From positions 2,304,001 to 2,368,000 of the forward strand of contig CAVTCS010000003.1 in the NCBI GenBank assembly GCA_963733295.1: DNA of 64,000 nt, written 5' to 3'. The notes beneath the pieces are model-generated. The model saw only the letters and a program-made list of their open reading frames with translations. It had not been told where the DNA came from and ran no database searches. The DNA is from Vulcanimicrobiota bacterium (lineage in GTDB: Bacteria > Vulcanimicrobiota > Vulcanimicrobiia > Vulcanimicrobiales > Vulcanimicrobiaceae). The position numbers and the translations under genes are program-made. Below, piece by piece: positions 1-8,942 of this stretch (within the stretch, counting starts at the first letter, position 1; each line of letters opens with the position of its first letter).

Positions 1-113
1 AAGTCTTGCTCTCGGGAGACCACGCGCGGATCGCTGCTTGGCGACGCGAGCAGTCGCGCGCGCGGACCGCGGAGCGCCGGGCCGACCTCTCCGGTTCGGA
101 GCCGGTCGATTGA
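1..113 (+). CDS. trmD: tRNA (guanine-N1)-methyltransferase, 3' fragment
   Basis: Frame from nt 3 reads VLLSGDHARIAAWRREQSRARTAERRADL...*, the typical TrmD C-terminus; lies directly upstream of rplS. Confidence 0.9.
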   Translation, partial: VLLSGDHARIAAWRREQSRARTAERRADLSGSEPVD

Positions 114-138
114 TTTGACTCTTCGGCCGTGTTAGAAT
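110..138 (+). promoter_or_regulatory. sigma70-type promoter for rplS
   Basis: TTGATT(110-115)-17 nt-TAGAAT(133-138) with extended -10 TG at 130-131. Confidence 0.65.
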
Positions 139-209
139 CCCAAGGTTGTCCCAGCGGCCCGGCGCGAACGCAGCCGTGGCCGCCAAAGTATGTGGCTTGC
201 GAGAGAGAT

Positions 210-560
210 ATGAACGTCATCGACCTGCTCGAGAAGGAGCAATTGAAAGCCGACGTGCCGGCGTTCCGGCCCGGCGACACCGTGAAGGTGTATTCGCGAA
301 TCATCGAGGGCGGCAAAGAGCGCGTTCAGATGTTCGAAGGCGTCGTAACCGTTCGCAAAGGCGGCGGGGCCGGTGAGTCGATTACGGTTCGCCGCCTCTC
401 GCACGGCGTCGGAGTCGAGAAGTCGTTTCTCTTGCACAGCCCGCGCGTCGATAAGATCGAGGTCAGCAAGCGCGGAATCGTTCGCCAGAGCCGCCTCTAC
501 TATCTCTCCGATAAGGTCGGAAAAGCCGCGCGCATCAAAGAGAAGAAAGTCGCGCGTTAG
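210..560 (+). CDS. rplS: 50S ribosomal protein L19
   Basis: PAFRPGDTVKV, ERVQMFEGVV, GVGVEKSF, RQSRLYYL motifs; ATG at 210. Confidence 0.97.
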   Translation: MNVIDLLEKEQLKADVPAFRPGDTVKVYSRIIEGGKERVQMFEGVVTVRKGGGAGESITVRRLSHGVGVEKSFLLHSPRVDKIEVSKRGIVRQSRLYYLSDKVGKAARIKEKKVAR

Positions 561-578
561 CGCGACCGACGGGATCGC

Positions 579-1439
579 GTGACACCACTCGAACTCTTCG
601 CGCTCATCTGCGTTTTCGCGGTCGTTCGTCTGCTCATGACGATTCTGCCGGGCAGCTTCGCTTCGGGCGGCGCCTTGCCGGCGCCGGCCGATTCTTCGGC
701 GACGGGCGCCTCGACCGTGTCACCCTCGATGGCACTCGCTCCGGGCGCGCTCTCGCCGCGCACGCAAGTCGCCGGCGCGGAGGAAGACCGGCAGGCCGCA
801 GCCCCTTCGCTGAGCGCGGTCGTCAAAGAGTATCTCGACGCGTTCATCGTGGCGGGACTCGTGGCGCTCTTTTTGATCACCTTCGTCGTGCGCACGTTCT
901 TCATTCCCTCGGGTTCGATGGAACCGACCCTGCAGATCCACGACGTTTTGCTCGTCAACGAGTTCGAATATCGTCTTTCCAAGCCTCACGACGGCGACAT
1001 CGTCGTCTTCCCGCCGCCGCTACCCGAGCCGAACGATTTCATCAAGCGCCTCATGGGAAGCCCGGGCGAGAAGCTGCGCGTTCACGACGGTATCGTCTAC
1101 CGCAACGACAAACCTCTCGTCGAACCGTACATCGCGCAAAAGCCGGTCTACGAACTCGAAATCAAGAACTACGGCATCTACGTGGACGGCACGCCTTTGG
1201 ATCCGGAAATGGCCAACATTCCGCCGCGTTCCATGTGGCAAGCACCCGATCGAATTCCAGCCGGTTGCTATTTCATGATGGGCGACAACCGGAATAACTC
1301 CGAAGATTCCCACATTTGGGGCTTCGCCCAAACCGGCGGCACGTTCGCCGCCGGTCCGCAAAAGGGAAAGAAGGCGACCTTCACCGGCCATGCCTTCCTG
1401 CTTTTCTGGCCCCCGAACCGCTTCGGCATTCTGCATTAA
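579..1439 (+). CDS. lepB: signal peptidase I
   Basis: IPSGSMEPTL (catalytic Ser), FIKRL (Lys), GDNRNNSEDS; two N-terminal TM segments. Confidence 0.93.
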   Translation: MTPLELFALICVFAVVRLLMTILPGSFASGGALPAPADSSATGASTVSPSMALAPGALSPRTQVAGAEEDRQAAAPSLSAVVKEYLDAFIVAGLVALFLITFVVRTFFIPSGSMEPTLQIHDVLLVNEFEYRLSKPHDGDIVVFPPPLPEPNDFIKRLMGSPGEKLRVHDGIVYRNDKPLVEPYIAQKPVYELEIKNYGIYVDGTPLDPEMANIPPRSMWQAPDRIPAGCYFMMGDNRNNSEDSHIWGFAQTGGTFAAGPQKGKKATFTGHAFLLFWPPNRFGILH

Positions 1440-1501
1440 CGAAGGTGTAGCGCGCGAGCGCCGCACTTCCCAACGCGTTCGATAACGGGAGCCACGGCCG
1501 C

Positions 1502-2038
1502 TTGGGCGAACGTCGATTCGTGCTGTCGCCAAACGTGCGTTGGAGATCGGCGGCGAACCTCGCATGGCAACTCGTCCTGCTCGCGCTCATCGTTTTCGCC
1601 GTGATGGGGCTGCGGCCGGGCCAAGTCAGCGGCCTTTCGATGGAGCCGCGCATCGATTCCGACGAGTACGTGCTGATCAACGCGCTCGCATACCGCATCG
1701 GAACGCCGCAGCACGGAGACGTGATCGCCTTTCGACACGAGCGTTCGGCGCCGTCGGTCTACCTCAAACGCATCATCGGAGTGCCGGGCGACCGCATCGC
1801 GATCTCGCGAGGAGTCGTCGACCTCAACGGAAAGACGCTCGCGGAACCTTACGTTCACTTTCCCGACGAACGCAGCGAAGCGCCCGTCGTCGTGCCGTCC
1901 AACTCGTACTACGTGCTGGGCGACAACCGTGCGAACAGCGACGATTCGCGCGCCTGGGGCTTCGTCCCGGCCGCCGACATCGTGGGACGCGCGATGTTCG
2001 GCGTGTGGCCGCCGAGCCACATAGGGCCGATCAGGTGA
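1502..2038 (+). CDS. lepB: signal peptidase I, second paralogue
   Basis: VSGLSMEP, YLKRIIG, GDNRANSDDSR; single TM; TTG start after GGGAG. Confidence 0.9.
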   Translation: MGERRFVLSPNVRWRSAANLAWQLVLLALIVFAVMGLRPGQVSGLSMEPRIDSDEYVLINALAYRIGTPQHGDVIAFRHERSAPSVYLKRIIGVPGDRIAISRGVVDLNGKTLAEPYVHFPDERSEAPVVVPSNSYYVLGDNRANSDDSRAWGFVPAADIVGRAMFGVWPPSHIGPIR

Positions 2039-2823
2039 ACGCGCCCGAAGCGGTCATTCAGTGGTATCCCGGGCACATGGTTCGGGCGATGCGCCGTCTG
2101 GCCGAGGACGTACGGCGCGTCGATGCGGTCATCGAGGTCGTCGACGCACGCGTTCCGCGCAGCGGAGCGAACCCCGCGCTCGCGCGGATCACCGGACAGA
2201 AACCCTCGCTGCTGGTCCTCACCCGTGCCGATCTGGCCGAGGACGGCTTGACTCGCGCGTGGCTCGAACGGTTCGAGCGCGAAGGCATTCGCGCGATTGC
2301 GATCGCGGCGAAGACGCCGGGCGGGGTCGCGCGTTTACAGGCGGCGCTCGAAACGCTGGCCGGCGAGCGACGCAACCGGCGCGCCATCGTGCTCGGAATT
2401 CCGAACGCCGGAAAGTCGACCGTCATCAACGCGATCGTCGGGCGAAAGGTCGCGCGCGCCGAAGATCGCGCCGGCGTGACGCGCGCGGCGCAATGGTTTC
2501 GCGTCGCGCCCACGCTCGAACTCATGGATACGGCGGGCATCCTCGTCCCCAAAATCGACACCTCCGACGCTCAGTGGAAGCTGGCGATGGTCGGCGCGGT
2601 TCCACGTGCGCGCTACGACGCGGAGGATCTCGTCCGGCGCTTCACCGGTTGGGCCGCGGCCGCCCGGCCGGCGGCGCAGATTCCGGATCTGGAAACCTAC
2701 GCGCAATCGCGCGGCTTCGTGCGGCGCGGTAACTTGATAGACACCAACAATGCAGCCTCCGCGTTTCTCAAGGAGTTCGGTGAAGGACGCTTCGGCCGCG
2801 TGACGCTCGAGGAGCCGGCGTGA
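2035..2823 (+). CDS. rbgA: ribosome biogenesis GTPase RbgA/YlqF
   Basis: IQWYPGHM, DARVP, GIPNAGKST, DTAG; GTG start overlaps lepB stop (GTGA). Confidence 0.92.
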   Translation: MNAPEAVIQWYPGHMVRAMRRLAEDVRRVDAVIEVVDARVPRSGANPALARITGQKPSLLVLTRADLAEDGLTRAWLERFEREGIRAIAIAAKTPGGVARLQAALETLAGERRNRRAIVLGIPNAGKSTVINAIVGRKVARAEDRAGVTRAAQWFRVAPTLELMDTAGILVPKIDTSDAQWKLAMVGAVPRARYDAEDLVRRFTGWAAAARPAAQIPDLETYAQSRGFVRRGNLIDTNNAASAFLKEFGEGRFGRVTLEEPA

Positions 2824-3503
2824 ACGAACAACAGCACCGGCGTCGCCTGGCCCGCGAACGCGAACGGCGAAGGCTGGTGCGCCTCCACTCGTACGAGCGA
2901 GCCGCTCGCGAGCGCGGTTTCGTGCTCATCGGCGGAATCGACGAAGTCGGGCGCGGGCCGCTCGCAGGGCCCGTGGTCGCGGCTTGCGTGGTGGCGGACG
3001 GTCCGCTGATGCTGACCGGCCTCAACGATTCCAAGCGCGTGCAACCCGAGAAACGGCGCGAGCTTGCCGAAACGATCAAGGCGCGAGCCGTAGCCTGGGC
3101 GGTTGGTGAAGCCTCGGTCGCCGAGATCGAGCGGCTCAACATCTATTACGCGAGCATTCTCGCAATGGAGCGCGCGCTCGCGGCGTTAGCCGCCGTTCCT
3201 CAGTACCTGTTGACCGATGCCGTTCGCATCCGTTCGTTTAACGGCGAACAGCTCCCGGTGATCAAAGGCGACGCGAAGTGCGCCACCGTCGCCGCAGCCT
3301 CAATCGTGGCAAAAGTGCACCGCGACGGCTTGCTGCACGATCTCGATGCGCTTTTCCCGCAGTACGGATTTGCCGAGCACAAAGGTTACGCGACCGAGCG
3401 GCACGTCGCCGCGCTGAAAGAGTTCGGGCCGTGCGAACATCACAGGCGCCATTTCCTCAGTGTCCGAGCGACGCTGAGCCTGTTCGACGATTTCGACTCG
3501 TGA
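2820..3503 (+). CDS. rnhB: ribonuclease HII
   Basis: GIDEVGRGPLAGPVVA, LNDSK, KGDAK, AASIVAKV, HKGY. Confidence 0.96.
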   Translation: MNEQQHRRRLARERERRRLVRLHSYERAARERGFVLIGGIDEVGRGPLAGPVVAACVVADGPLMLTGLNDSKRVQPEKRRELAETIKARAVAWAVGEASVAEIERLNIYYASILAMERALAALAAVPQYLLTDAVRIRSFNGEQLPVIKGDAKCATVAAASIVAKVHRDGLLHDLDALFPQYGFAEHKGYATERHVAALKEFGPCEHHRRHFLSVRATLSLFDDFDS

Positions 3504-3841
3504 ACGCGCGCTCGCAGTTGGGCAAAGCCGGCGAGGACGCGGCCGCCGTTCACTTGCGTTCGCTTGGGTATCGCATCGTGAAACGGAACTTGCGTGGCCC
3601 GGGCGGTGAGATCGATATCGTGGCATGGGACGGTGAAACGCTCGCCTTCGTCGAGGTCAAAGCCCGTTCGTCGTCGCGCTTCGGGTCGGCCCTGAGCGCC
3701 GTCGACGCGCGCAAGCGGAAACGCCTGCGCGCGCTGGCCGCAGATTTTCTTCAGTTCTTTGCTCCCGCTGCGAAAGCGCGTTTCGACGTGCTCACGGTCG
3801 AACGCGGCACGCTGACGCTGCACCGCAACGCCTTTACGTGA
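3500..3841 (+). CDS. yraN: YraN family (UPF0102) endonuclease-like protein
   Basis: GKAGEDAA, GEIDIVA, LAFVEVKAR, RFDV; GTG at 3500 overlaps rnhB stop. Confidence 0.92.
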   Translation: MNARSQLGKAGEDAAAVHLRSLGYRIVKRNLRGPGGEIDIVAWDGETLAFVEVKARSSSRFGSALSAVDARKRKRLRALAADFLQFFAPAAKARFDVLTVERGTLTLHRNAFT

Positions 3842-3896
3842 CCATTCGCCGCGGACGCAGGACTTCGCACGTTGAGAAGGGGACGCTTGCGCCTCG

Positions 3897-5543
3897 ATGG
3901 CGGCTAGCCTCGGCCTAAAGACGGCAGCCCATGGACCCTCGTTACGACGCTCGGTTACGCCCTGGGGCTCGTTTTCGTGGGGTTATTCGGACGTCGGGGC
4001 CGACATTTTCGTCGGCCTGGGCCTCGTTCTCGGCGCCGCGGCCGGCGCTTCGAACGTCGCTTTCTTGTTCGCCGGACTCGTGTACGTGTGCATCGGGCTC
4101 GCGTATACGGAACTTGCCGCGGCCTACCCGGTTGCCGGTGGGGGCCAGTATTTCGTCTTTCGCGGACTCGGCGACATTTTCGGATTCATCGCGGGCTGGG
4201 CCGTCCTGCTCGACTTTACGATCGACATCGTGCTCTTCGCCTGGAGCTGCATCGATTACCTGAGCAAGCTCGCTCCGATCCTGAGCTTTACCGCGCACCC
4301 TTGGGTGCACTTCGCCGTCGTTTTCAGCGTCATCGCGGGACTAGCGCTGCTCAACGTCATCGGCGTGCGCGAGAGTTCGGCGTTCAACGAACTCGTCAGC
4401 GCCCTCGACGTGGTGAGCGAAACGGCGATCCTCTTCTTCGGCTTTCTGTTCGCTTTCAGTCCCGAGCTGCTCGTGCACACGATGCAGACGGCCTGGCCGA
4501 CCCCGTTTAATCTGATGAACGGCGTCTCGCTCGCCATCATTTCGTTCGTCGGTCTCGAGTCGATCGCGCAGGCCGCGCAGGAGACGCAGCGTCCCGCATC
4601 GGTCATTCCGCGCACCTCCGTTTCACTGATCCTGACCATTTTGATCTTCGCGCTGTCGTACTCGAACTTGGCACTCGGCATGCATCCCTGGCATCCGCTG
4701 CCGCTCGACAAGGACGGCCACGTGCAAGCCCTCTGGCACTTACTCGGCAGCGAGGAAAACAACGGAGCTGCGGTTGCCGTGCTTTCGTCCTACGTGCCCT
4801 ACTGGGGCGCGCTGGCCGCGGCTTACGTGCCGATTCTCGGAGCGATCCTGCTCTTGATCTCGAGCAATAGCGGCGTCTTCGGCAGCTCGCGCATCGCCTA
4901 CGCGATGAGCGGCACCCGCCTGCTGCCGAGCATCTTCCGGCAGGTTCACCCGCGCTTCCGGACGCCGGTCGTGTCCATCTTGGCCTTCTGCGGCGTCGCA
5001 CTCGTCGAGTTGATTTTCGCCGCGCTGCCGAGCCTTTCGCCAAATCTGAGGTCGGTCTATGCAGAGCTTTTCCGCGGTGAAGACGGCATTACGTTCCTCG
5101 GCGACCTCTACGCTTTCGGAGCGGCGGCAAGCTACTCGTTCGTCTTCCTCGCCGTCATCGCGCTGCGCTTCAACGACTCGGCGAGTCCACGCCAATTCAA
5201 GATGCCGTTCAATATCCCGTTCACCTACAAAGGAAACCCGGTCGAGTTCCCGGTCGTCGCGGTCATCGGGTTCTTCGGAATCGTCTCGATTTTAACGTTT
5301 ACCATGATCACGCACCTGATCGGGCGCATCGCGGGGCCGTCGTGGATTATTCTGGGGCTGATCGGGTATCTGGTGTATCGAAAGACCCATGGCTTGCCCG
5401 TATTCCGCTCGCAACCGCACGACTGGCGCAAGGCCCAGGTAAATATCCTTCAGGACGCCGGCGAGCTCGAGTTGATGGACCAGTATCTCGCGAACCTCAA
5501 GCAGATGGACGAACGGAAAGCCGCGAAGGCTTCGCCCGAATGA
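3897..5543 (+). CDS. APC family amino acid/cation permease
   Basis: About 12 TM helices; YTELAAAYPVAGG, SFVGLESIAQAAQE, SRIAYAMS, VHPRFRTP. Confidence 0.9.
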   Translation: MAASLGLKTAAHGPSLRRSVTPWGSFSWGYSDVGADIFVGLGLVLGAAAGASNVAFLFAGLVYVCIGLAYTELAAAYPVAGGGQYFVFRGLGDIFGFIAGWAVLLDFTIDIVLFAWSCIDYLSKLAPILSFTAHPWVHFAVVFSVIAGLALLNVIGVRESSAFNELVSALDVVSETAILFFGFLFAFSPELLVHTMQTAWPTPFNLMNGVSLAIISFVGLESIAQAAQETQRPASVIPRTSVSLILTILIFALSYSNLALGMHPWHPLPLDKDGHVQALWHLLGSEENNGAAVAVLSSYVPYWGALAAAYVPILGAILLLISSNSGVFGSSRIAYAMSGTRLLPSIFRQVHPRFRTPVVSILAFCGVALVELIFAALPSLSPNLRSVYAELFRGEDGITFLGDLYAFGAAASYSFVFLAVIALRFNDSASPRQFKMPFNIPFTYKGNPVEFPVVAVIGFFGIVSILTFTMITHLIGRIAGPSWIILGLIGYLVYRKTHGLPVFRSQPHDWRKAQVNILQDAGELELMDQYLANLKQMDERKAAKASPE

Positions 5544-5752
5544 AACGTTTGGTACGGAGCGAGGCTTACGCCCGGGCGCGGCTCGTTACCGCGACGCTCT
5601 TCGCGCTCTTCGGCAGCGTCATCATCGTGCGGACCTGGATGAGCGTCGGGCCGGTCGCGGCGGCGCTGCCGGCCTATATTCTGGGTCTGGCGCTGATCGC
5701 GCTCGCCGTCGTCCGGCTGCGCGAGTATCGCGCGTCGCGGAGGCAGCCGTGA
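5540..5752 (+). CDS. small two-TM membrane protein (70 aa)
   Basis: ATG overlaps permease stop and its stop overlaps the USP start; two hydrophobic helices. Confidence 0.7.
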   Translation: MKRLVRSEAYARARLVTATLFALFGSVIIVRTWMSVGPVAAALPAYILGLALIALAVVRLREYRASRRQP

Positions 5753-6372
5753 GCGGTCAGATTCACGTGACCGTCACCGGCATCGTCTGCGCGCTGGCGA
5801 TCGTCGCGGCGATCGTGGCGACGTTTTACTGGATGCTCCACCCGCCCACGACGACGGCCGAGCGAACCGCGCGAATCGTCGAACGCGAGGTCGAGGAGAT
5901 GGTCGGCAGCATCATCATCGTCTTTGCCGAGGAGATTCACTCGGAATACATGATGGCGCTCGCCGTGCGCGTCGCACGGCGCGAGAGGGCGCAACTGCTC
6001 GCGCTATACGTCATCGAGGTGCCTCTCACGCTTCCCCGCAACGCGGAGATGGAGAAGGAACACCGCCAAGCTCTCGGCGTTCTCGCAGGCGCCGAGGCGA
6101 TCGCGCGAGCGAACAACGTCGAGATCAAAACGGAGGTCGTTCAGACGCGCTCGGTCAGCCAAGGCGTGCTCGACTTAGCCCGGGAACGCGACGCGCACCT
6201 CATCGTCATCGGCGCATATCGCGAAGGCAAGTATACGGGTGCACCGCTCGGCCGCGCGATCGAAGCGATCGCCGGCAACGCGAGTTGCGACGTGCTGATC
6301 GGCGTCCAAGGCAACCGCGGCAGCCTGTTCAAGGACATCCCGGCCGAACCCGAAGCGTCGGCGCGAAGCTAG
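5749..6372 (+). CDS. universal stress protein with N-terminal TM anchor
   Basis: LYVIEVP, DAHLIVIG, LGRAIEAIAGNASCDVLI USP pattern; hydrophobic N-terminus. Confidence 0.85.
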   Translation: MSGQIHVTVTGIVCALAIVAAIVATFYWMLHPPTTTAERTARIVEREVEEMVGSIIIVFAEEIHSEYMMALAVRVARRERAQLLALYVIEVPLTLPRNAEMEKEHRQALGVLAGAEAIARANNVEIKTEVVQTRSVSQGVLDLARERDAHLIVIGAYREGKYTGAPLGRAIEAIAGNASCDVLIGVQGNRGSLFKDIPAEPEASARS

Positions 6373-6373
6373 C

Positions 6374-7321
6374 TTGGACTCTCACCGCGAAGAGGCTCGC
6401 GGACGCGCCACACTCGGCTCGCTGATTCTGTTCTCGTCGCGAGTCGGAGCCGTTCTGGATTTCTATAACGCCATCGGCGTCGTTCTCGAACCCGAAGCGC
6501 ACGGCGAGGGTCCGACCCACTACGCGGCGGAGGTGAACGGCATCCACCTTGCGCTGTACCAAGCACCGGACGGACGCGCCCCGGACTTTCGTGAAGGCGG
6601 CTGCACGTGGCCGGGTTTCGTCGTGTCCGATCTCGCTGCGACGCTCCAACGGCTCGTGCCGCTCGCAACAAACGTTCTCGCCGGTCCGGAAGAGCGGCCC
6701 TGGGGAATTCGCGCAGTCGTCGAGGACCCCGACGGACGGCCGATCGAGCTGTGGTCGGTGCAGGTTGCGCCTAAGCGCGGCCGTACGTCGATGGGATCCT
6801 CGCCCGAAACGACGCCCCAAACGACGCCGGGCGGCGCCGTGATGGTGCGGGGCGCCGAGCCGCGCGACGCCGAGGCATGGGCGCAAATGCGAGCGCGACT
6901 TTGGCCGGCTGCGGACGCATCCGAACTCGCAGCCGAAACGCGCGCGTTTGCCGCCGGAAGCGCACCGCCTTACATCGCGGCAGCGTTCGTCGCGGAGGCG
7001 CGCGGCCCGCTTGAAACTCACGCTGCGCTCGTCGGCTTCCTTGAAGTCGCGATCCGGCCGTTTTCCGACGGCTGCGACTCGATGCCGGTTCCCCACGTCG
7101 AAGGCTGGTACGTCGAACCTGCCGCGCGCGGTCAGGGTGTCGGACGAAAGCTCATGAAAGCCGCCGAAGCATGGGCATGCGCGCGCGACTTTCGCGAGCT
7201 GGCGTCGGATACGGAGATCGAGAATCTCGCCTCATTGCTGGCGCATCAAGCCTGCGGATTCGAGGAAGTCGATCAGCTCAGAAAATTTCGGAAGGTTCTC
7301 CTACTCGAAAGCTCTGCTTAA
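6374..7321 (+). CDS. VOC/glyoxalase domain fused to AAC(6')-I-like GNAT acetyltransferase
   Basis: N-half ends PWGIRAVVEDPDGRPIEL; C-half has DGCDSMPV, EGWYVEPAARGQGVG, ELASDT, HQACGFEE. Confidence 0.8.
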   Translation: MDSHREEARGRATLGSLILFSSRVGAVLDFYNAIGVVLEPEAHGEGPTHYAAEVNGIHLALYQAPDGRAPDFREGGCTWPGFVVSDLAATLQRLVPLATNVLAGPEERPWGIRAVVEDPDGRPIELWSVQVAPKRGRTSMGSSPETTPQTTPGGAVMVRGAEPRDAEAWAQMRARLWPAADASELAAETRAFAAGSAPPYIAAAFVAEARGPLETHAALVGFLEVAIRPFSDGCDSMPVPHVEGWYVEPAARGQGVGRKLMKAAEAWACARDFRELASDTEIENLASLLAHQACGFEEVDQLRKFRKVLLLESSA

Positions 7322-7884
7322 AGATACCTTCTCACGCGTGCGCAATAGGCTCGGTATTCCTCGCCGTAATGCTCGCTAAGGAAGGTTTCCTCGAGCAGAA
7401 CTTGGCGATGAAACAGCCCTATACCCGCGATCAGATAGATCAGCATGATCCAACTAGGAAATATCAGGAATTCGCCGAGCAGAACGAATCCGAAGGCGAC
7501 GTAAATCGGATTACGCGTGAGTGCGAAGACGCCCGATGTGACGAGTTTATCGGGACGATCGGTATCGATTCCGACGCGAAAGCTCGTCCCAAACGAGACC
7601 AGGCTCAGAAAGAGAAAGAGCAGCCCGATCGAGCACGAGAAGACGCCGATCCAGGGTAACCAGGCTGCGTGAAAAAAGTGAGCGCGACCTACGGCCGGCC
7701 ACCCAAACGCGTGAGCGAATATCAGGTAGAAATAGAACAGCGCAAAGGGCGGGATGAGGAAATCCGTCTTGTCGAGTTCGCCAAATTTAAACGCGCTGAT
7801 CCCTTTCCTTCTAAGAAGCTGGACGCGCGTCACTACCATTGCGAGTAACAAGAGAATGGTGAGCGCGCCGAGATAGCTTTCCAT
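7318..7884 (-). CDS. isoprenylcysteine carboxyl methyltransferase / PEMT family membrane protein
   Basis: LVTSGVFALTRNPIY, EETFLSEHYGEEYRAYCARVRRYL. Confidence 0.88.
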   Translation of the reverse strand: MESYLGALTILLLLAMVVTRVQLLRRKGISAFKFGELDKTDFLIPPFALFYFYLIFAHAFGWPAVGRAHFFHAAWLPWIGVFSCSIGLLFLFLSLVSFGTSFRVGIDTDRPDKLVTSGVFALTRNPIYVAFGFVLLGEFLIFPSWIMLIYLIAGIGLFHRQVLLEETFLSEHYGEEYRAYCARVRRYL

Positions 7885-7889
7885 TCGCG

Positions 7890-8942
7890 CTACGCGCGCA
7901 GGTAGCGTTTGCGCAATTCGTCCACGATGACCGCCAAGAGGATGACCGCTCCGAGCACGATGTCCTGCGTGTAAGATTCGATGTCGAGCAGGTTCATCAC
8001 GTTATTGAGCAAGCCGATGAGCAGCGCGCCGAAGAACGTTCCGACGACGCTGCCTCTTCCCCCCGCGAGGCTGGTTCCACCTACGACGACGGCGGCGATC
8101 GATTGCAGTTCGCTGCCGATGCCCGTGTTCGGCGAACCCGACGAAAATTTCGCCATGAGGAGCAACCCGGCGACGGCCGCGCCGCCACCGGAGATCACGT
8201 AGACCATGGTCTTCACGAGCGCGACGTTGATGCCGGCTAAGCGCGCGGCTTCTTCGTTACCGCCGATCGCGAAGACGTAACGGCCAAAACGCGTGCGGGT
8301 CAGGACGACTGCGAAGATCGCGACGAGGACGAGCATCCAGAGCACGACGATCGGAATGCCCGGAAGTCCGAACTGTTTGAAGAACCCCTCGAACAGAAAC
8401 CCCGTCCCGATCGCGTCGAAAGCATTGGAGTTGAGCGGCACCGGACGGCCGTGCGCGAGTTTGAAGGCGAGGCCGCGCGCCATCAGCATCATGGCCAGCG
8501 TCGTGATGAACGGCGGCAAGTTCAACTTTACGACCGGCAACGCGTTGATCAGGCCCGCGCCGCAGCCTACCGCGAGGCCCACGACGAGCGTCGCGACCAC
8601 GAGAAAGAAGCCGTTGTCGAGCGGAAAGGCGTTCGCAAAGGACGCCATCACGACGCCCGTCAGCTCGATCAGCGAGCCGACGGAAAGATCGATTCCGGCC
8701 GTGATGATCACGAAAGTTTGCCCGATCGCCAATATCGCGTTGTAGGTGATCTGCCGGAGCACGTTGCTGAGGTTCACCGGCGTTAGAAACGCGCCGTGCG
8801 AAAACACGTTGACAACGGAGATGACGACGATCAAAGCGCCGAGCGCAGCCGCCAGACGCAGCCATTGGTTTCGCTGAGCGCGAGCTCTCGCTCGACCGGC
8901 GCTGGCCTCGAGCTGCGCTTTGACGTCGCCGGCTTCGGCCAC
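7890..8942 (-). CDS. sugar (ribose-type) ABC transporter permease
   Basis: IITAGIDLSVGS, PPFITTL, GRYVFAIGGNEEAARLAGI, IAAVVVGGTSLAGGRG; GTG start overlaps ATPase stop. Confidence 0.92.
   Translation of the reverse strand: MAEAGDVKAQLEASAGRARARAQRNQWLRLAAALGALIVVISVVNVFSHGAFLTPVNLSNVLRQITYNAILAIGQTFVIITAGIDLSVGSLIELTGVVMASFANAFPLDNGFFLVVATLVVGLAVGCGAGLINALPVVKLNLPPFITTLAMMLMARGLAFKLAHGRPVPLNSNAFDAIGTGFLFEGFFKQFGLPGIPIVVLWMLVLVAIFAVVLTRTRFGRYVFAIGGNEEAARLAGINVALVKTMVYVISGGGAAVAGLLLMAKFSSGSPNTGIGSELQSIAAVVVGGTSLAGGRGSVVGTFFGALLIGLLNNVMNLLDIESYTQDIVLGAVILLAVIVDELRKRYLRA

Noticed and set aside
129..209. N-terminal extensions in the ORF track (rplS, rbgA, rbsA/C-like, cbbX, AI-2E and others)
   Set aside because: Extensions overlap neighbouring genes or promoters; homology and RBS/overlap patterns support the shorter starts
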